DNA of 64,000 bases from NCBI RefSeq assembly GCF_018350175.1, contig NC_058368.1, forward strand, positions 204,416,001-204,480,000, in the 5' to 3' direction. Source of the DNA: Felis catus (Eukaryota). This document shows positions 1 to 14,027 of the stretch, in pieces (within the stretch, counting starts at the first letter, position 1; each line of letters opens with the position of its first letter). The position numbers were made by a program, and so were the translations under genes. The notes below the pieces were generated by a model. It saw only the letters and a program-made list of their open reading frames with translations, was not told where the DNA came from and did no database searches.

Positions 1-800
1 AGCTGAATATAGTTATCAGCAATTTCACTCCTCGGTATATACCTGTAAGAAATGAAAACATATGTCGACACACAAACTTTTATACAAGTGTTCCTAGCAA
101 CATAATTCATAATAGCTAAAAAGTAGAAACACCCAAATATCCATCAACTGATGAAGGGATCAATAAAATGTGGTATATCCAGGTGATAGAATATTATTAT
201 GCCATCAATAAAAAGAATTGAAGTACTGACATATGCTGTGACATAGACAAACCTTGAAAACATCGTGCTAAGTGAAAGAAACCAGTCACAAAGGACTATA
301 TATTGTATGATACGATGTACGTAAACTGTTCAAAATAGGCAAATCTTTAAAAAGAGACAGCAGATTAGTAGTTGACTGGGGTTTCGGGGAGGGGTTGGGA
401 ATGCTGTTAGGCACAGCAGTGTTTCTTTTTAGGGTAATGAAAATGTCCTAAGATTGATTGTGGTGATGGATGCACAACTCTGTGAATGTATGAAAAGCCA
501 TTGAATCGTATACTTTAAATGAGTAAATTGTATATTTAAAATATATCTCGGGGTGCCTGGGTGGCACAGTCGGTTAAGCGTCCGACTTCAGCCAGGTCAC
601 GATCTCGTGGTCTGTGAGTTCGAGCCCCGCGTCAGGCTCTGGGCTGATGGCTCAGAGCCTGGAGCCTGTTTCCGATTCTGTGTCTCCCTCTCTCTCTGCC
701 CCTCCCCCGTTCATGCTCTGTCCCTCTCTGTCCCCAAAATAAATAAACGTTGAAAAAAAAATTTAAATATATCTCAATAAAGCTACTAAAATACACTTAA
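1..800 (+). mobile_element. Old L1M 3' end interrupted by a SINE
   Basis: ccatcaactgatga...ataaaatgtggtatatcc...gctaagtgaaagaaaccagtcacaaa...ggtgatggatgcacaactctgtgaat. Confidence 0.8.
550..764 (+). mobile_element. Can-SINE (SINEC_Fc-type)
   Basis: ggggtgcctgggtggc head, (CT)n, AATAAA tail; TSD aaatatatctc 539-549 / 765-775. Confidence 0.95.
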
Positions 801-1967
801 AATAATGAGAGGAATTAAAATGTTACACTAGAAAATATTCACTTAATGCAGACTACCCAGCCAGCTGCCTCCAAATCTTTTTCCATAACTACCTCGACCA
901 TGTTTTGGATTAAATATCCTTCTGCTCCCAGACCATTCATGTTCTCTTTTCGGCCATTTATATCTCTACCTGTAACTTCCATTCCTGTTCACATTCTTAA
1001 TAGCTATCTCCCCTTTCTTGCCTACAGGTCTTTGCCCAGACTGTCTAAATGCATAGAATAAAGAATTATGCAATCCTGGAATGTTAGAAATGGAAGACAT
1101 CTCCATGCTCTTCTCTCCCACCTCTTCATTTCAGAGATGAGAGGACAAAGGCCCAGAGAGGTTATATGACTTGTCCATGGTCTCCAAAATACTTTGTCCT
1201 TGCTCACCTTCCCCCAAAAGCCCTCTTTAATTAAGCAAATGTTTCCTTATCTTTCTACCCAACTTCTGATACTTTACCGCATTACTCACAGGTATCAAAT
1301 GCATTGATTACAAGACATCATTCACATTTAAACTCAAATCTTGCATACCAGAGGATAAAAGCAATTCTTTGATCTCTGTAGCCACTACATCTGCTCTCAG
1401 CTGCTGCAGCTTTTCATTTGTTGTTACGAGGAACAATTCAAAATTCACGGGAGGCTGGCTCCTATGAGCTCCAAGTTGACTCCTGGCTTGGACAGCCTGG
1501 AGAAGACATAGGGATCAACTCCCTGCCTGGTTTCCATAAAGGACACCCCCTCAACTCACCTCACAGAGAACCATTCCTAAGGTCTTCATAAAAGAGCACT
1601 TTAGTGCATATAAAATATGGCATCTCTACATTTTTAAATGCTCTCAGGAAAGAAAATGGTAACAAAGGGCATTTACATTTCTTTATCCATTTATACCTAG
1701 AGGTATACCAGGATCAAAGACTAAGTTGCTTTTTAAAAAACAAATAAGTATTCATCTTGATGGGAAACAGAAAAGCTTCTAGGGGGGCAGGAAATTCATA
1801 AATCATGCAGTCATTCTGGACTTTACATGAAGAGAAAATACATCAAAACCCCACTGGCCTTTCATCTGAAGGGAGCCTGATATATAATGATGTAAATCCA
1901 TTAATGAACATGAGTTGTGGAGTCAAAAATCACACAGGCCTACCTGGCTTGGAAAAGCAAAATAAAC

Positions 1968-2592
1968 TGCTCTGAAAAACAGTATGGAGGTTCCTCAAAA
2001 AATTAAAAATAGAATTACCCTATGACCCAGCAATTGCACTACTAGGTATTTATCCAAGGGACACAGGTATGCTGTTTCGAAGGGGCACATGCACCCCAAT
2101 GTTCATAGCAGCACTATCAACAATAGCCAAAGTATGGAAAAAGCCCAAATGTCCATCGATGGAGGAATGGATAAAGAAGATGTGGTATATATACACAATG
2201 GAGGATTACTCACCAATCAAAAAGAATGAAATCTTGCCATTTGCAACTATGTGGATGGAACCGGAGGGTATTATGCTAAGCGAAATTAGTCAGAGAAAGA
2301 CAAATATCATATGACTTCACTCATATGAGGACTTTAAGATACAAAACAGGTGAACACAAGGGAAAGGAAGCAAAAATGATATAAAAACAGGGAGGGGGAC
2401 AAAATACAAGAGACTCATAAATATGGAGAACAAACTAAAGGTTACTGGAGGGGTTGTGGGAGGGGGGATGGGCTAAATGAAGGAATCTACTCCTGAAATC
2501 ATTGTTGCACTATATGCGGACTAACTTGAATGTAAATTTAAAAAAATAATAAATTAAAAATCATTAAAAATTTAAATATTAAAAAAAAAAAA
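1968..2592 (+). mobile_element. Carnivore/felid L1 3' fragment
   Basis: ORF2 C-terminal peptide (ORF 2069..2314: [25 protein letters not shown]), 3' UTR and poly-A. Confidence 0.92.
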
Positions 2593-4953
2593 GGAGAGTC
2601 AGGGCCTTCCCACGTCTGACTGTGCCTCTCCTGCTCCAAGAACTGCTTGGCACAGGCTTCTGCACAGAGGACCTTCGTGATTGAGGAAGAGAAAGGCAAG
2701 TGTAATTAGAGACACTTTGTTCCCTAGAGCGGCACCGTTTGGGGGCTGATTGAGGGAGTGATTACACAATGCTGAAGAGGCAGGTTAAGTGCTGCCCACC
2801 AGGGAGCCAGGAGGCTTTGGAAGCCAGTTCTGAGAATTACATACTGTTCCATAGTGCTTGCTAATTGACCCGGTATTTCTGGATGAAAAAATTTCCCCAA
2901 GGAGTGGTGTTAAAGTAGATAATGAGGATCTCTCATCTCACAGAGCAGTTCAGAGGCAGAGTTTGAGCTCTGGAGACTAGATATTATTTCAGCGCATCAA
3001 ATGGCAAGAAGATCACCGATTGAACACGAAACGATTCGGTAGGTGCGTCAAGGTTTCCACTGTGATTCTCAGCCCACACTCCGCTCTCCCGGCCCTGTAC
3101 TACCTTAGTTGGAACAATTTTATGAATTATTTATAATTGTAAAGATAAGGCGTGTATAGGCGAACAGCCATAAGGTCCACGAAAGGGCACATTTCTGAGA
3201 GCTTCATGAAAATAGTCACTCACTATTCACTGAAGCAGGGATCTAGTCATACATAAGGAAAGATATCTGCCAAGTGCAGGAAAAGTTCTGGACCCTCGAG
3301 TTCCCAACCGTTGACAGTGAAATGAAATTGGGCTGAAGGTAGAGAATCCAAGGAGCTCTATCATATTTTACTCTGTATACTTCTGCGTGTGCCGTTTTTA
3401 CTATGATCACCACAGAGATTTTCTTGGCCTAGGGGCTAAAAATATACGTTTATCTCCACCAATATCTGGAGGTTGTGGCCTGTCTCTGATGACCATGGAT
3501 GTAAAAGTGACTCCTCCCCGATATGGTAAACCACCCCCCCCCACCCCGGACTGAGATGGTCTAGTCCAGTACTCCAAAGTCGCGATTTTTAAAAGTTTGC
3601 AATTCAGAAATAAGATGGTTTAGAAAGAAATGAAACCTGGCACCACATTAAATCAAGTGGTTGAAATGGTGACATTGCTTATACAGAATAGATTCCCAAA
3701 CAGAAGTAGACACTCAAATATTGGTGATGAACATACATGACACTTAGGGAGCCAGTATCCTGCACTGGGCCTGGAAGACCATGGAGAGGGAGCTAAGCCT
3801 CTATTCGAGAAGGCATCTGTAAATATTTTGTTGTTTGTTTCTCTTGAAGCTGGGGCTTTGGGAATCCTGAAGAAAACAGTGCAATGAGCCCTGGGCCCAG
3901 GATCATGGGGAAAATTCTCTTCTCAGTCCCTGATGCTTTGGAATATTCAGGAACAATCCCAGAGATATATTTAGCTGTTGCCTGGGGCTTTGTTCCCAGA
4001 CAGATTTGGGGGCTGGGAGTGGGTGGTGCATGACGCTGGGAGAAAGACGAGTCTCTGTCAGGCGGCATCTTCTTTTTTGTGCCACTGAGCAGGAGTCCCA
4101 GAGTGAGTAAGGGGACCAGGTTACCTCTGCGTGGAGGAGCACATGCCAGGGGAGGACAAGCGATGAGTGAGAGGATTGGGAGGCCCTGCTGAGCCCTCCT
4201 CTCCTGAGCCAACTTGAGTCAGCAGCCTCATGACAGAGCTGTGCTGAAATGGTGGTCGTGTCGGAGGCTGAATCTGGTCCTGAGGATTTTAAAGTCTGTG
4301 AGGATCCCCAGAGGAGGGCATTTTAAAACACTCTTTGGAGCCTGGACGAAGTGCAAAACATGGAGGGACTCTGCAGGGGGAACAGATGTGAGAGGTGTGC
4401 CTGCCTCGGAGGGGCAGTATCACTCCAAAGGCAGAGCTTGGCCAGTACCCTGTGGGCCCGGTCAGAATCTAAGTGCCATCCCAGGTTTCTCTCTTCCCTT
4501 CACCTAGTCCTGTAAGCCCCCCCACTTCAATACCACCCCAGTCCTTTCACCCATCAGCCTGACTCCTGCACGACTGGATCCCACAGCAGATGGAGAGGCA
4601 CATGCAGGGACGAGCCAATACAAGTCTTAAAATATTTTGAAATTTGATCTATCTTTTTCAAGGCATCTCAACAATCATCATAAGAAAAATCAGAACATGC
4701 ACTTTATTAGGCATTTTATGGTTATCTTTGCCTAAATTCTAAATTGCATGTTAGGCTGATGAGGGCAATTGCCCCCTAACGGTCTAAATCCTGCCCTGGA
4801 CCTAGCTGACTGAAACAGCCTCCTGACAGCCTTTCCTGCATGCTGTCTTTCCCAGCTCCACTCTATCCTCCAGGAAACCATCTGCAGGAGCTTTCTAAAA
4901 TTTAGGTATTACTGCTCTGCTTAAACGAACTTCACTAAAATGAATATGGAACA

Positions 4954-5170
4954 GGGGCGCCTGGGTGGCTCAGTTGATTAAGCATCCAACTCTTGGTTTC
5001 GGATCAGGTCATGATCTCACGGCTTCGTGGGTTCGAGCCCCACATTGGGATCTGTGCTGGCAGTGCGGATCCTGCTTGGGATTCTCTGTTTCCCTTGCTC
5101 TCTGCCCCTCCCCTACTCGTGCTGACTCTGTCTTTCTCAAAAGAAATAAGTAAACTTTTAAACAAAATTT
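4954..5170 (+). mobile_element. Can-SINE
   Basis: ggggcgcctgggtggctcag head, CT-rich region, A-rich tail. Confidence 0.9.
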
Positions 5171-5300
5171 AAAATGAATATTGGGTGGAATTCAATCTCC
5201 ATTGCATGGTCTAGAAAGCTCTTCGAGATCTGGCTTTTGATTTTATTTCTAGTCTTATTTCTCATGTCCCCTGCTCCCACTTGCCCCACTCCACATGCCC

Positions 5301-6231
5301 TGATAGGATTCAGGGCATGCTACCCCAAATGCGGCACCTTGATATATTGAGTATTTTAAGCAGGAGAGTCCGTTTGACTTCCTTCTCCCCTGAAACATGC
5401 TATAAAATCTTCAGGTGAGGGGTGCCCTCCCTGTACCTGAAGAAAAGGAGCATCCTTATCTCTGAAGACAAGGGGCACCAGTTAGAATCCTAACAATTAG
5501 GCCTTGCTAAGCTTCCCCCAATTTATACACTTACCTCATACAGTGGTCCCTCCTTATCCTTGGGGGATGTGTCCCAAGACCATGAGTGGATGTCTGAAAC
5601 CACAGAGACTACTGAGCTCTGTGGATACTATGATATTTCTTATATGTGTATATCTATGATAAGGTTTAATTTATAAGTTAGGAACAGTAAGAGATTAACA
5701 GCAATAGCTCATAACAAAATAGAACAATTACAACAATATGCTGTCATAAAAGCCATGTGAATGTGGTCTGCCAAAATATCTTATTGGACTGTACTCACCT
5801 TTCTTGTGAAGATGTGAAATGATAAAACGCTTGTGTGGTGAGATGAGGTGAATGACATAGGCGTGGTGACTTAGCGTTAGGCTACCCTTGACCTTCTGCA
5901 GATAAGACAGAAGGAGAATCTTCTACTTCGGGGCCCCACTTGACCTCAGGTAACTGAAATCGTGGAAAGCAAACCCGCGGATAAGGGGGGACCACTGTAC
6001 TCCTTGACTTATCATAGTGTTCCTCCACGACTCTCCACTCCTCATCAAACCCAGCATAAAATACTCAGCTCTGTTTCTGTAGGTCTTCATTTCCTTGTAA
6101 AGGCTCCCATGTTGCATCAAACTTAGGTTAAACACTTGTGTACATTCTTGTCCTGTTAATCTTTGTCAATTTACTTTTCAGACCCAGCCAAGGACTCTAG
6201 GAAGGTCCAGGAGCACTTTTCCTCCCCTACA
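5301..6231 (+). mobile_element. ERV1-class solo LTR (MER34-like) interrupted by a Tigger element
   Basis: tgataggattcagggcatgctaccccaaa...ttttcctcccctaca; TG..CA ends, flanks gccc/gcct. Confidence 0.7.
5541..5997 (+). mobile_element. TcMar-Tigger non-autonomous DNA transposon (MER44-like)
   Basis: TIRs cagtggtccctccttatcc / ggataaggggggaccactg, flanked by TA on both sides. Confidence 0.88.
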
Positions 6232-6234
6232 GCC

Positions 6235-6600
6235 TTATATTTGAGAACATCAAAATACTTGAGGGCCCACAAGCATCCCATGCTGCTTCACGCCTCCACG
6301 CCTTGGTACATGACATTCCTTCTACAGGGACTGTTTTCTTTAACCTGTTCCCCCTCGAACCTTCCAAACTCTACCCCGCTGTGCAGTCTTCCTCGACTCC
6401 TTTAAGTCTGTGGTACTCTCAGAGTATTTCATGCGCCTGTCTGTGCACATCTGTCTCTTGTGTGAACATCTCTATCTGTCTAGACAATAAGGGTACTGAG
6501 GGCAGGGAGGATGTTCTATTCACCTCTCTCTCTAAATGGTGCCTGGCACATCATAGGTACTCAATACTTGTTTATGGAATAGATGAATGAGTGAACAAAT
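6235..6600 (+). mobile_element. L2 3' end
   Basis: gagggcagggagg...gtgcctggcacatcataggtactcaatacttgtttatggaatagatgaatga. Confidence 0.7.
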
Positions 6601-9149
6601 TAAAACAGAGTTATTTTGTTGGTAAGCACAACAATTATTTTGAATTCTTGTTTTATAAGAGATTAATTCCATCCTTTTTCTTATTTCAATCATCTAATGG
6701 TTAAAATTCTACTTATTATTCAAACGTCTCTTCTCTTCTTTTCTCTTCTCTTCTCTTCTCGATACTTCAGGCAGAACACAGCTCTTCCTCTGGTATTTCC
6801 CGCACGAACTCTGTGTTTTCCTTGAACATCTTCACATTCTGTCTAGTGTTTGTGCTACTTGTGTACATATTTGTCCTCCCTACTGGAATGTGGGGTTCTA
6901 TGGGGCAAGTCCTCAATCTTATTAACTTCAGGATTCTGGACACCGAGTACCCAGGAGGAGTTCATAAACGCCACGTGAATTGATCTGAGTTGTGCAGATA
7001 TTTTAAAGGGTAGTGTGGATCCCAGAAGATACAGAAATAGATATTTCTATCATATACTTCTCTGGTGGAAAAACAACAGCAACAGCAACCACAACACTAA
7101 AACAACTGTTCTATGATAAAGAAAATATAAAGGCAAAAAAAAAAAAATTGAAAACAACCAAACAAAATCCCAAAACTCTTTGAAGTATCTTCTCTTGAAA
7201 CAAGGGCACATTTGTTACATGTGCCCCCAGCCGGAATAACTCTGGCTGGAAAATTTCTGAAACATTGTGGATTTGGTGAGATGCCCTGTTGTTTTTCTAG
7301 AACATTCTAAGGTTCCCAGTGAAGCACACCTCAAATGTGGGTAGACATTCCTAAGAAGGCTATTTGAGTTGGAAGCATCAGAATGTTTACAGACCAGCAT
7401 TTGCTCCAGCCCACAGACAATAAAAACAGCCCAATTATGGCTTCCTTTTGGAAGGTTAAAATGATCACAGTAAGAATAAAAAAGGCTCCATATTCCTTTG
7501 TTTTTATTTTCAGGGTGTGATATGTTAGCAGCCTCCAGCAGAATTTGCTTTATTTTAAAGCATGCGAAATAATCCCTGCTCTATTTTCAAGACCTTCTCT
7601 GCACGTCTCAATTCCTCCAAAGCAGTTCTGCAAAATACACATCCATGCACTTGCCTTTTGCCCTTCTCCCCACTCCTTTCCTTCTTTATGTTTATACTTC
7701 CCCAGGGGAGCCAAAGCCAACACTAATTAGCAGTGAATTAAATCTTACCTCCAGGACACCAGAGGGTCAGTGTTTACCCAGGGTTCCAAGGCATCCCTGC
7801 TCTCCTTCCCACAGGCTCAGACTCACAGTTAAATATCCAGCCCTGAAGGGAAGTTCTGAGATCAGAATCAATTATGCAATTTATTCCTAAAGTTTTATCT
7901 TTCCTATCATAAAATATCTTTTTCCTGCCGGGGTAGTTTTACCTACCTAGCTTGCTAGGACTGGAACACATTTGCTCCTTACCTCTTTCAGCCTTTAAGA
8001 CCCTACTGAAATATGACCTTCTTCATGTTTTCTTTGCTCTACTTACCTAGACAATTAGTTGCTTCTTCCTCAGTCCCACTGAGTTCAATCTTGATATTCC
8101 CATATCTTATGTTCCATCTTGATATCCCACATCTTACGTTCTATCAGTTCATATTCTAATTGTATTTTGTCTCTCTAGACTGATCTCTGCTGCTTATTTA
8201 TCTCATATCTTCAATATTCCCCAGCATCTAACCCTAGGATATGAGAGGCACCAAATAAATATTTTTTAAAAGAAAAAGGATTAAGACATAATATATGAAA
8301 GGCACTGTAACAGAAACTTGTAAACTGCAAACTAATAGCACCTTTTGAAGGACATTTGACAGAAGCCACACTTTCAGTTGGTGTTAGCATAGTATTGTTA
8401 GCATTTTATTCATTCTAACAGTGAAAAAATAAAGGTACTTCTTTTAAGCGTTTACACTATGCCAGATACTGCACTCTGTTATGGATTTAATCATTATAAC
8501 AAACTCTGTTTGATGATATTAAAATTCCCATTGCACTGATGAATAACTAACATTTTAGACAGGTGAAAGAATTTGTCCAAACTCAAAGAGCTGGCAAGTA
8601 GCAGGGAGAACAAGGGACCCAAGCCTACCGGACTCCATTTGCTGCCTCTATTTGCTGTATATTACTGTGGAACTTAATGCTCTAGGGAACCAGCAACCAC
8701 CACGAAGTCCAGACTTGGGCATGACATGAATCAGCCATAGTAGCGAGGGCAGGCAGGAGAATCAGAAAGGAGTATTCTTTGTTTTTGGATAAACCACTGG
8801 GCCCTATCAACATCAGTAACAGTTAATACACAAATTAATTTTTTCTTCATTGCCAGCTTCGTAATGGGCTTATCACCACTGCAAAGTAGCCAAATTGACT
8901 TGATGAAACTCTAGATAACTCTGTGCTTTTGAATGACAACCTATAGTGAGAAAGTTCAAAATGGGTCATGATTATTATCATTATTGCTAAATGAGTCCAA
9001 ATGCCTCAAAGGAGGTTATAAGTAAATAAGAACAATCCTTGCTATACATGTACATGCCATAGAAAAAACAAGCTATACTTTAAGCTACAACCACAACTCA
9101 GGTCATTTTGGAATAGAATACCGATTGAAAGTTTGGCAGCCTCTACAAG

Positions 9150-10280
9150 AAAGTGAAATTATAAGCCAATTTCACTCCCTAACCATAGATACCAAAAATG
9201 TAAAATAAAATAATAGTACTAAATCAAATCCAACAATATATTTATAAAGGCATCTCTCAATAAAATGTCTCCCAAGAATATAAGCCTTGCTTAACAATAG
9301 AAGATGTACGAATTTTATTAAGCACATAAATTAATTAAAGGAGAAAAGCAAAAGGGTATCTCAGCAGGTGCAGAAAAAGCATTTGCTAAAACTGTACACT
9401 CATTATTAATAAAATATCAGCAAACTAGGTGCAGAGGGGAACTTGCTCAAACAAGTTAAGTCTATCTACCAAAGACCTATAGCAAATATCTTTTTAAGTG
9501 GCTCAATATTAGAAGCAGTCTTGGGGTGCCTGGGTGGCTCAGTCAGTTGAGTGTCCAACTCTTGGTTTTGGCTCAGGTCATGATCTCACGGCTTTGTGGG
9601 CTCAAGCCCCACACCAGGCTCTGCGCTGGCGGCATGGAACCTGCTTGGGATTCTCTCTCTCTCTCCCTCTCTTTCTCTGCTCTTCCCCCACTCGTGCTAT
9701 CTCTGTCTCTCTCAAAATAAATAAACTTAAAAAAAAAAAACAACAACAAGCTGTCTCTTCCTACAAAGTCAGGAAGAAAACAAGGATGCCTTCCAATACT
9801 GCTTCTATTCAATGTTTATTGGAACCTCTAGCCAATGAAAGAAGATGATAACTAAATATTGAAAAGAAAGAAATAAAATTATTCTTATTTTCAGACACAT
9901 ATTTTAAACATAGGAAAATCCCAGAGTCCCTACTCAGAAACCGTTAGAACTAATAAGTAGGTTTAACAGTGTTTCTAGACACAAGATTAGTGTAAATCCA
10001 GTAACATTCGTATTCACCATTAATACTCTGGTAACAATAAAGAAATAATATATATTCCATTGACAAGAGTAGCAATAAAATTCCTGAGAAACCTAAGCAT
10101 AAATCCAATAAAGGAGCTGAGAGAGACATAAATTAGGAAAATTATGAAAGCTTATGGGAGAACATAAAAGAAGTTCTAATAAATGGAAAGACACCATGTT
10201 TAGTAAAGGAATGCTCAACATCATAAAGATGTAAACTCTCCCCCAAACGAACCTATAAGCCTAAGGGATTTCAGTCGAAA
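9150..10280 (+). mobile_element. Old L1 ORF2 (RT region) fragment
   Basis: gcagaaaaagcatttg, cagcaaactagg, ggaagaaaacaaggatgcc, aataaatggaaagacaccatgt. Confidence 0.75.
9523..9748 (+). mobile_element. Can-SINE inside the old L1
   Basis: Typical head, (CT)n and poly-A. Confidence 0.92.
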
Positions 10281-10619
10281 TCTCTACTGTTCTCTGTTTT
10301 TGCGTGGTGGTATGCTTAAAACGGTATATTTGGTCTTTTGTTCTATGGCACCCACGTGCAAACAGACCTGTTTGAATATCACAACATAGACTGGTACTGC
10401 AAACATCTAAACCTTCTAAAAGAGGTATGAGCAAAACTATTACATATGGGTGGTTCAGAAGAGCCGCAGAAACCCTGAGTTTTGAGCAATTTTAGACAAG
10501 GCAATGAGTTGTACTGGGCATGGAACTGGGGGGAATCTTTTTCAGCATTTCCATGAATTAGCTAAAGCAGGAAATGTTCAGCAGATGATTGTAAACCTGA
10601 CAAGTTGAAAAGTTGAGAT

Positions 10620-10817
10620 GGGGTGTCTGGGTGGCTCAGTCAGTTAAGCATCCGACTTTGGCTCAGGTCATGATCTCGGTTTGTGGGTTTGAGCCCCATG
10701 CTGGGCTCTGTGCTGACAGCTCAGAGCCTGGAGCCTGCTTCAGATTCTGTGTCTGCCTCTTTCTCAACCCTTCCCCCACTCGCACTCTGTCTCTCTGTCA
10801 GAATAAATAAACATTTT
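10620..10817 (+). mobile_element. Can-SINE (older, outer element)
   Basis: Head ggggtgtctgggtggctcag; outer TSD aaaagttgaga 10608-10618 / 11072-11082. Confidence 0.92.
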
Positions 10818-10833
10818 AAAAAACTAAAGAAAA

Positions 10834-11055
10834 GGGGCGCCTGGGTGGCGCAGTCGGTTAAGCGTCCGACTTCAGCCAGGTCACGATCTCGCGGTCCGGG
10901 AGTTCGAGCCCCGCATCAGGCTCTGGGCTGATGGCTCGGAGCCTGGAGCCTGTTTCCGATTCTGTGTCTCCCTCTCTCTCTGCCCCTCCCTCATTCATGC
11001 TTTGTCTCTCTCTGTCCCAAAAATAAATAAACGTTGAGGGAAAAAAAAAAAAAAA
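10834..11055 (+). mobile_element. Young Can-SINE inserted in the tail of the previous SINE
   Basis: CpG-intact body, long poly-A; TSD aaaaaactaaagaaaa 10818-10833 / 11056-11071. Confidence 0.95.
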
Positions 11056-11547
11056 AAAAAACTAAAGAAAAAAAAGTTGAGAAAATCAAAATCTACCTCA
11101 GGAAGATTTCATAAAAATAAATGAGTTTTTAGGAAGGAGGAAGATAAGGTAGGAAAGGAAGTGCCAATGAAGACTTATAAGGAGAAAAAAAACTCCAAAA
11201 TAATTGCCAACCACACTGAAGGTGGTCAGGGATGGGGAGCGTGGAATGACCTCGGAACAGCAGTCCTTAGAACCTTGAAGATATCAATCAGGCATCGCTG
11301 TTTCAACAAGCAACCTAGATATCAAAATCCAGGGTGCAGTGACTCCTAAAAGTGGCAGAAGGACATTGGAATGCTTAATCTCTTCAGCTATTTGATAACA
11401 TTATTTCCCATGAGAAAATCTAAACAAAAATTGGTTGGGTTGACTGAGCAGGCAAATTATCTAGATTCTAAATCTTTCATTTCAAAAATAAAAGTAATAA
11501 GGAACTAAGGCTGTAGAACATTGGTGGTGTCATTTAGAAAGGAGATA

Positions 11548-12039
11548 CAGCTTTCCCCCACTTTCCAAAAGTAGAAGGTTCGTATGAAACCTTTCATAAG
11601 CTGAAATGGCAGAAAAGTGAAGGAGCCATTACCATTCATTTTTATGGGATTTTTTTTTTAGCATTCCCAGACCCCCAAAATACCCTTCTTGGGCTTTTCT
11701 AATCCTTTGGGACACGTTTTGCTAGTAGACGTTCAAAATAAATTGCGACAAAGCACAGATGCTCACAGACAACAACTCAAAGCTCTGTGATGCTCGTGTG
11801 CCCAGTGTAGTTCCCGAGGAAGGAGCTCGGTGTGGCCTCTGCCACTGTTCCGGGTGTACTGCCCCCATAGAGGCTTGCGGCAAAGCCGATGCTGAATGCA
11901 TGTTCACTTTTTGCCTTTTTTCATAAAAGCCAAAAATCTTCTGCAGATTTCTCTCGGTGAGTGAAAACAGGTACCGACGTAGGTTTTTTGGTAAAAGCAG
12001 GATGGTGTAATGTGAACTTACAAAAGCGGGGGATACCTA
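11548..12039. mobile_element. TcMar-Tigger-like non-autonomous DNA transposon
   Basis: Imperfect TIRs cagctttcccccacttt / aaagcgggggataccta with TA flanks. Confidence 0.75.
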
Positions 12040-13681
12040 TAAGAGCAGAATGGGAGTGGGAGGGCTGGAGTTGAACCACCAACAGCACACTGTGTCAAAA
12101 CTATTAACCTGTGACGTGCTGCTAGAATTTCTCAGAACACAAACCCAGGGACAGGTGAGTTACGCCTCACGGCCACTCTGCTCCTTGGACCAGAGATGTT
12201 AGGTCATTGAACGTGTAAAGAATTCAGAACCCGGAATAAAACAAGTCTTTTCCTCCCGTGTCTTTCTTCCCTCCAGCCCATCAAGTACTACTGACCTTCC
12301 ATGCTGTTTAGGAAATGCCTTCCTTCTGCCAAAAATGAACGGCAAGTTGCTTGGCTGGATGGATATGCATGCGCTTTGTGACCTCATGTCAGTTTTCCTC
12401 TGCAGTCTTACTTCTTAACACATCCTCAGACCAAAGTGACCTGAGGCCGCAAGCAGATTGGCTGTTTCCTGGTTTCCCTTGGTGACCCAAACACACTCAT
12501 GGACTCTTAGGAACACAAAGTAGAGGACCCCCCACGATTATTTCATCTCTCACTTTGTATATGAGAAACAGATCCAGAGAGGAAAGAGACTTACTGACTG
12601 GTGGCCAGGGACAAAACAAGAACCAAATTTCTTTAATTTGTTTGTTTCCACTGTGTCAGCCCAACAGAATATATGCATTTGTAAAACAAATTGTTAGGAT
12701 TTTAAAACCGAGCTAAGGGGAAAAAAAATAAACAGTTAAGTAAATAGTTTTATTTTAAATCAACTCGAAAGAATATTTGGAAGATACAAATATTTTCTCC
12801 TGACTAAGGAGGGCTTTATTACTAAATAGCCCAAGGTCACACTCTGCTACATTCTCCACAAGAGAATAATCTAGAAGATAAAATAACGTTTCTTCTCATA
12901 TGCAAAATTTCTCTGATAAATTTTGTGACGGCAGAAAAGTATATCTGCCTTAATATGTAAGTGGCTTTCTAGTCTGTGTCATCAGTCCTCAAAACACTCC
13001 TAGGCCAAATCAATATCGTAGTATTGTATCCCATATTACGAAGTGGCATCACAGGCATTCGCCACATGTAATCTTGGCTTGTTATTTATCGTATGGTTGC
13101 CTTCTATCTTAAACTACCATTTAATAAGAGCCTACAGTAAATAGCAAGCGCTCAATAAGTGGAATGAACATAGCATTTGTCATTCAAACCAAGACACTTT
13201 TGAGCATAGAAGGGGTTGCTATTAATAATCACACTGGGACAACAGGTGCAAACCAGGGCTGTCGCTGGCAAAGTGGGACATATGAGCACCCTATCAATAA
13301 GTGACGAGCCACTGCTGGCTGGCTCACTCAACATCTTTACTAACTCTTTTCTCCCTTCCTCGACTTCTGCTATAGAAGCTGGAAGGCCCCCGTGCTCTTT
13401 CTCCCCGACAGCTAGGGCTGGCCCGGAGACACAGTTCTGGCAAATGGGACCTTAGTAAGGGATTTTCGATATCTTATGCTTTCCAATAAAATGGCATAGT
13501 TGTAAGTGGCCCAGCTCCTTTCCCTTTCTTCCTGTGTGGACCTTGTCTGGAGGTTTCGTGGCCAGCTAAGCACACTGAAATGATAACCATGACAGCGAGA
13601 CTTCGGAAGAATGGCAGAGCAGAAAGATAGCAATAAACTAGGTCTCTGATGGCAACTAAAACAAAGCTATCAATGGCTTCT

Positions 13682-14027
13682 CGCTATATATGAATTGTGT
13701 CCTCCCCAGAATTCACACGTTGATGCCCTAAGCCCGGCGTGTTGGTATTTGGAGACAGGATTTAGGTTTAGATAAGGCCACAAGGGTAGGGCCCCCACGA
13801 TGGGATTCGTGTCCTTAGGAGATCAGGGAGTTCCCTCTCTCTGCCATGTGAGGACACAGCAAGAACGTGGCCATCTGAAAGCCAGAGACAGTGCTCATCA
13901 GAACCCGAGCGTGCTGGCACCGTGGTATCGGACTTCCCACCTCCAGAACTGTGAGAAAATCAGTTTCTGTTGTTTGAGGCTCCCATTTTATGGTATTTTG
14001 TTATGGCAGCCTGAGCAGACCAAGACA
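13682..14027 (+). mobile_element. MaLR solo LTR (MLT1A-like)
   Basis: tgaattgtgtcctcccc...cctccagaactgtgagaaaat...tggtattttgttatggcagcctgagcagaccaagaca. Confidence 0.85.

Noticed and set aside
553..753. Recurrent 60-130 aa ORFs such as MPGW..SVRLQPGHDL.. and GAWVAQSVK.. across the window
   Set aside because: Translations of Can-SINEs.
3793..4507. 139-aa and 97-aa ORFs
   Set aside because: No recognisable domain or splice context; region looks like decayed repeat or unique intron.
13642..13656. X-box-like GTCTCTGATGGCAAC
   Set aside because: Only one good half-site, isolated from the promoter.
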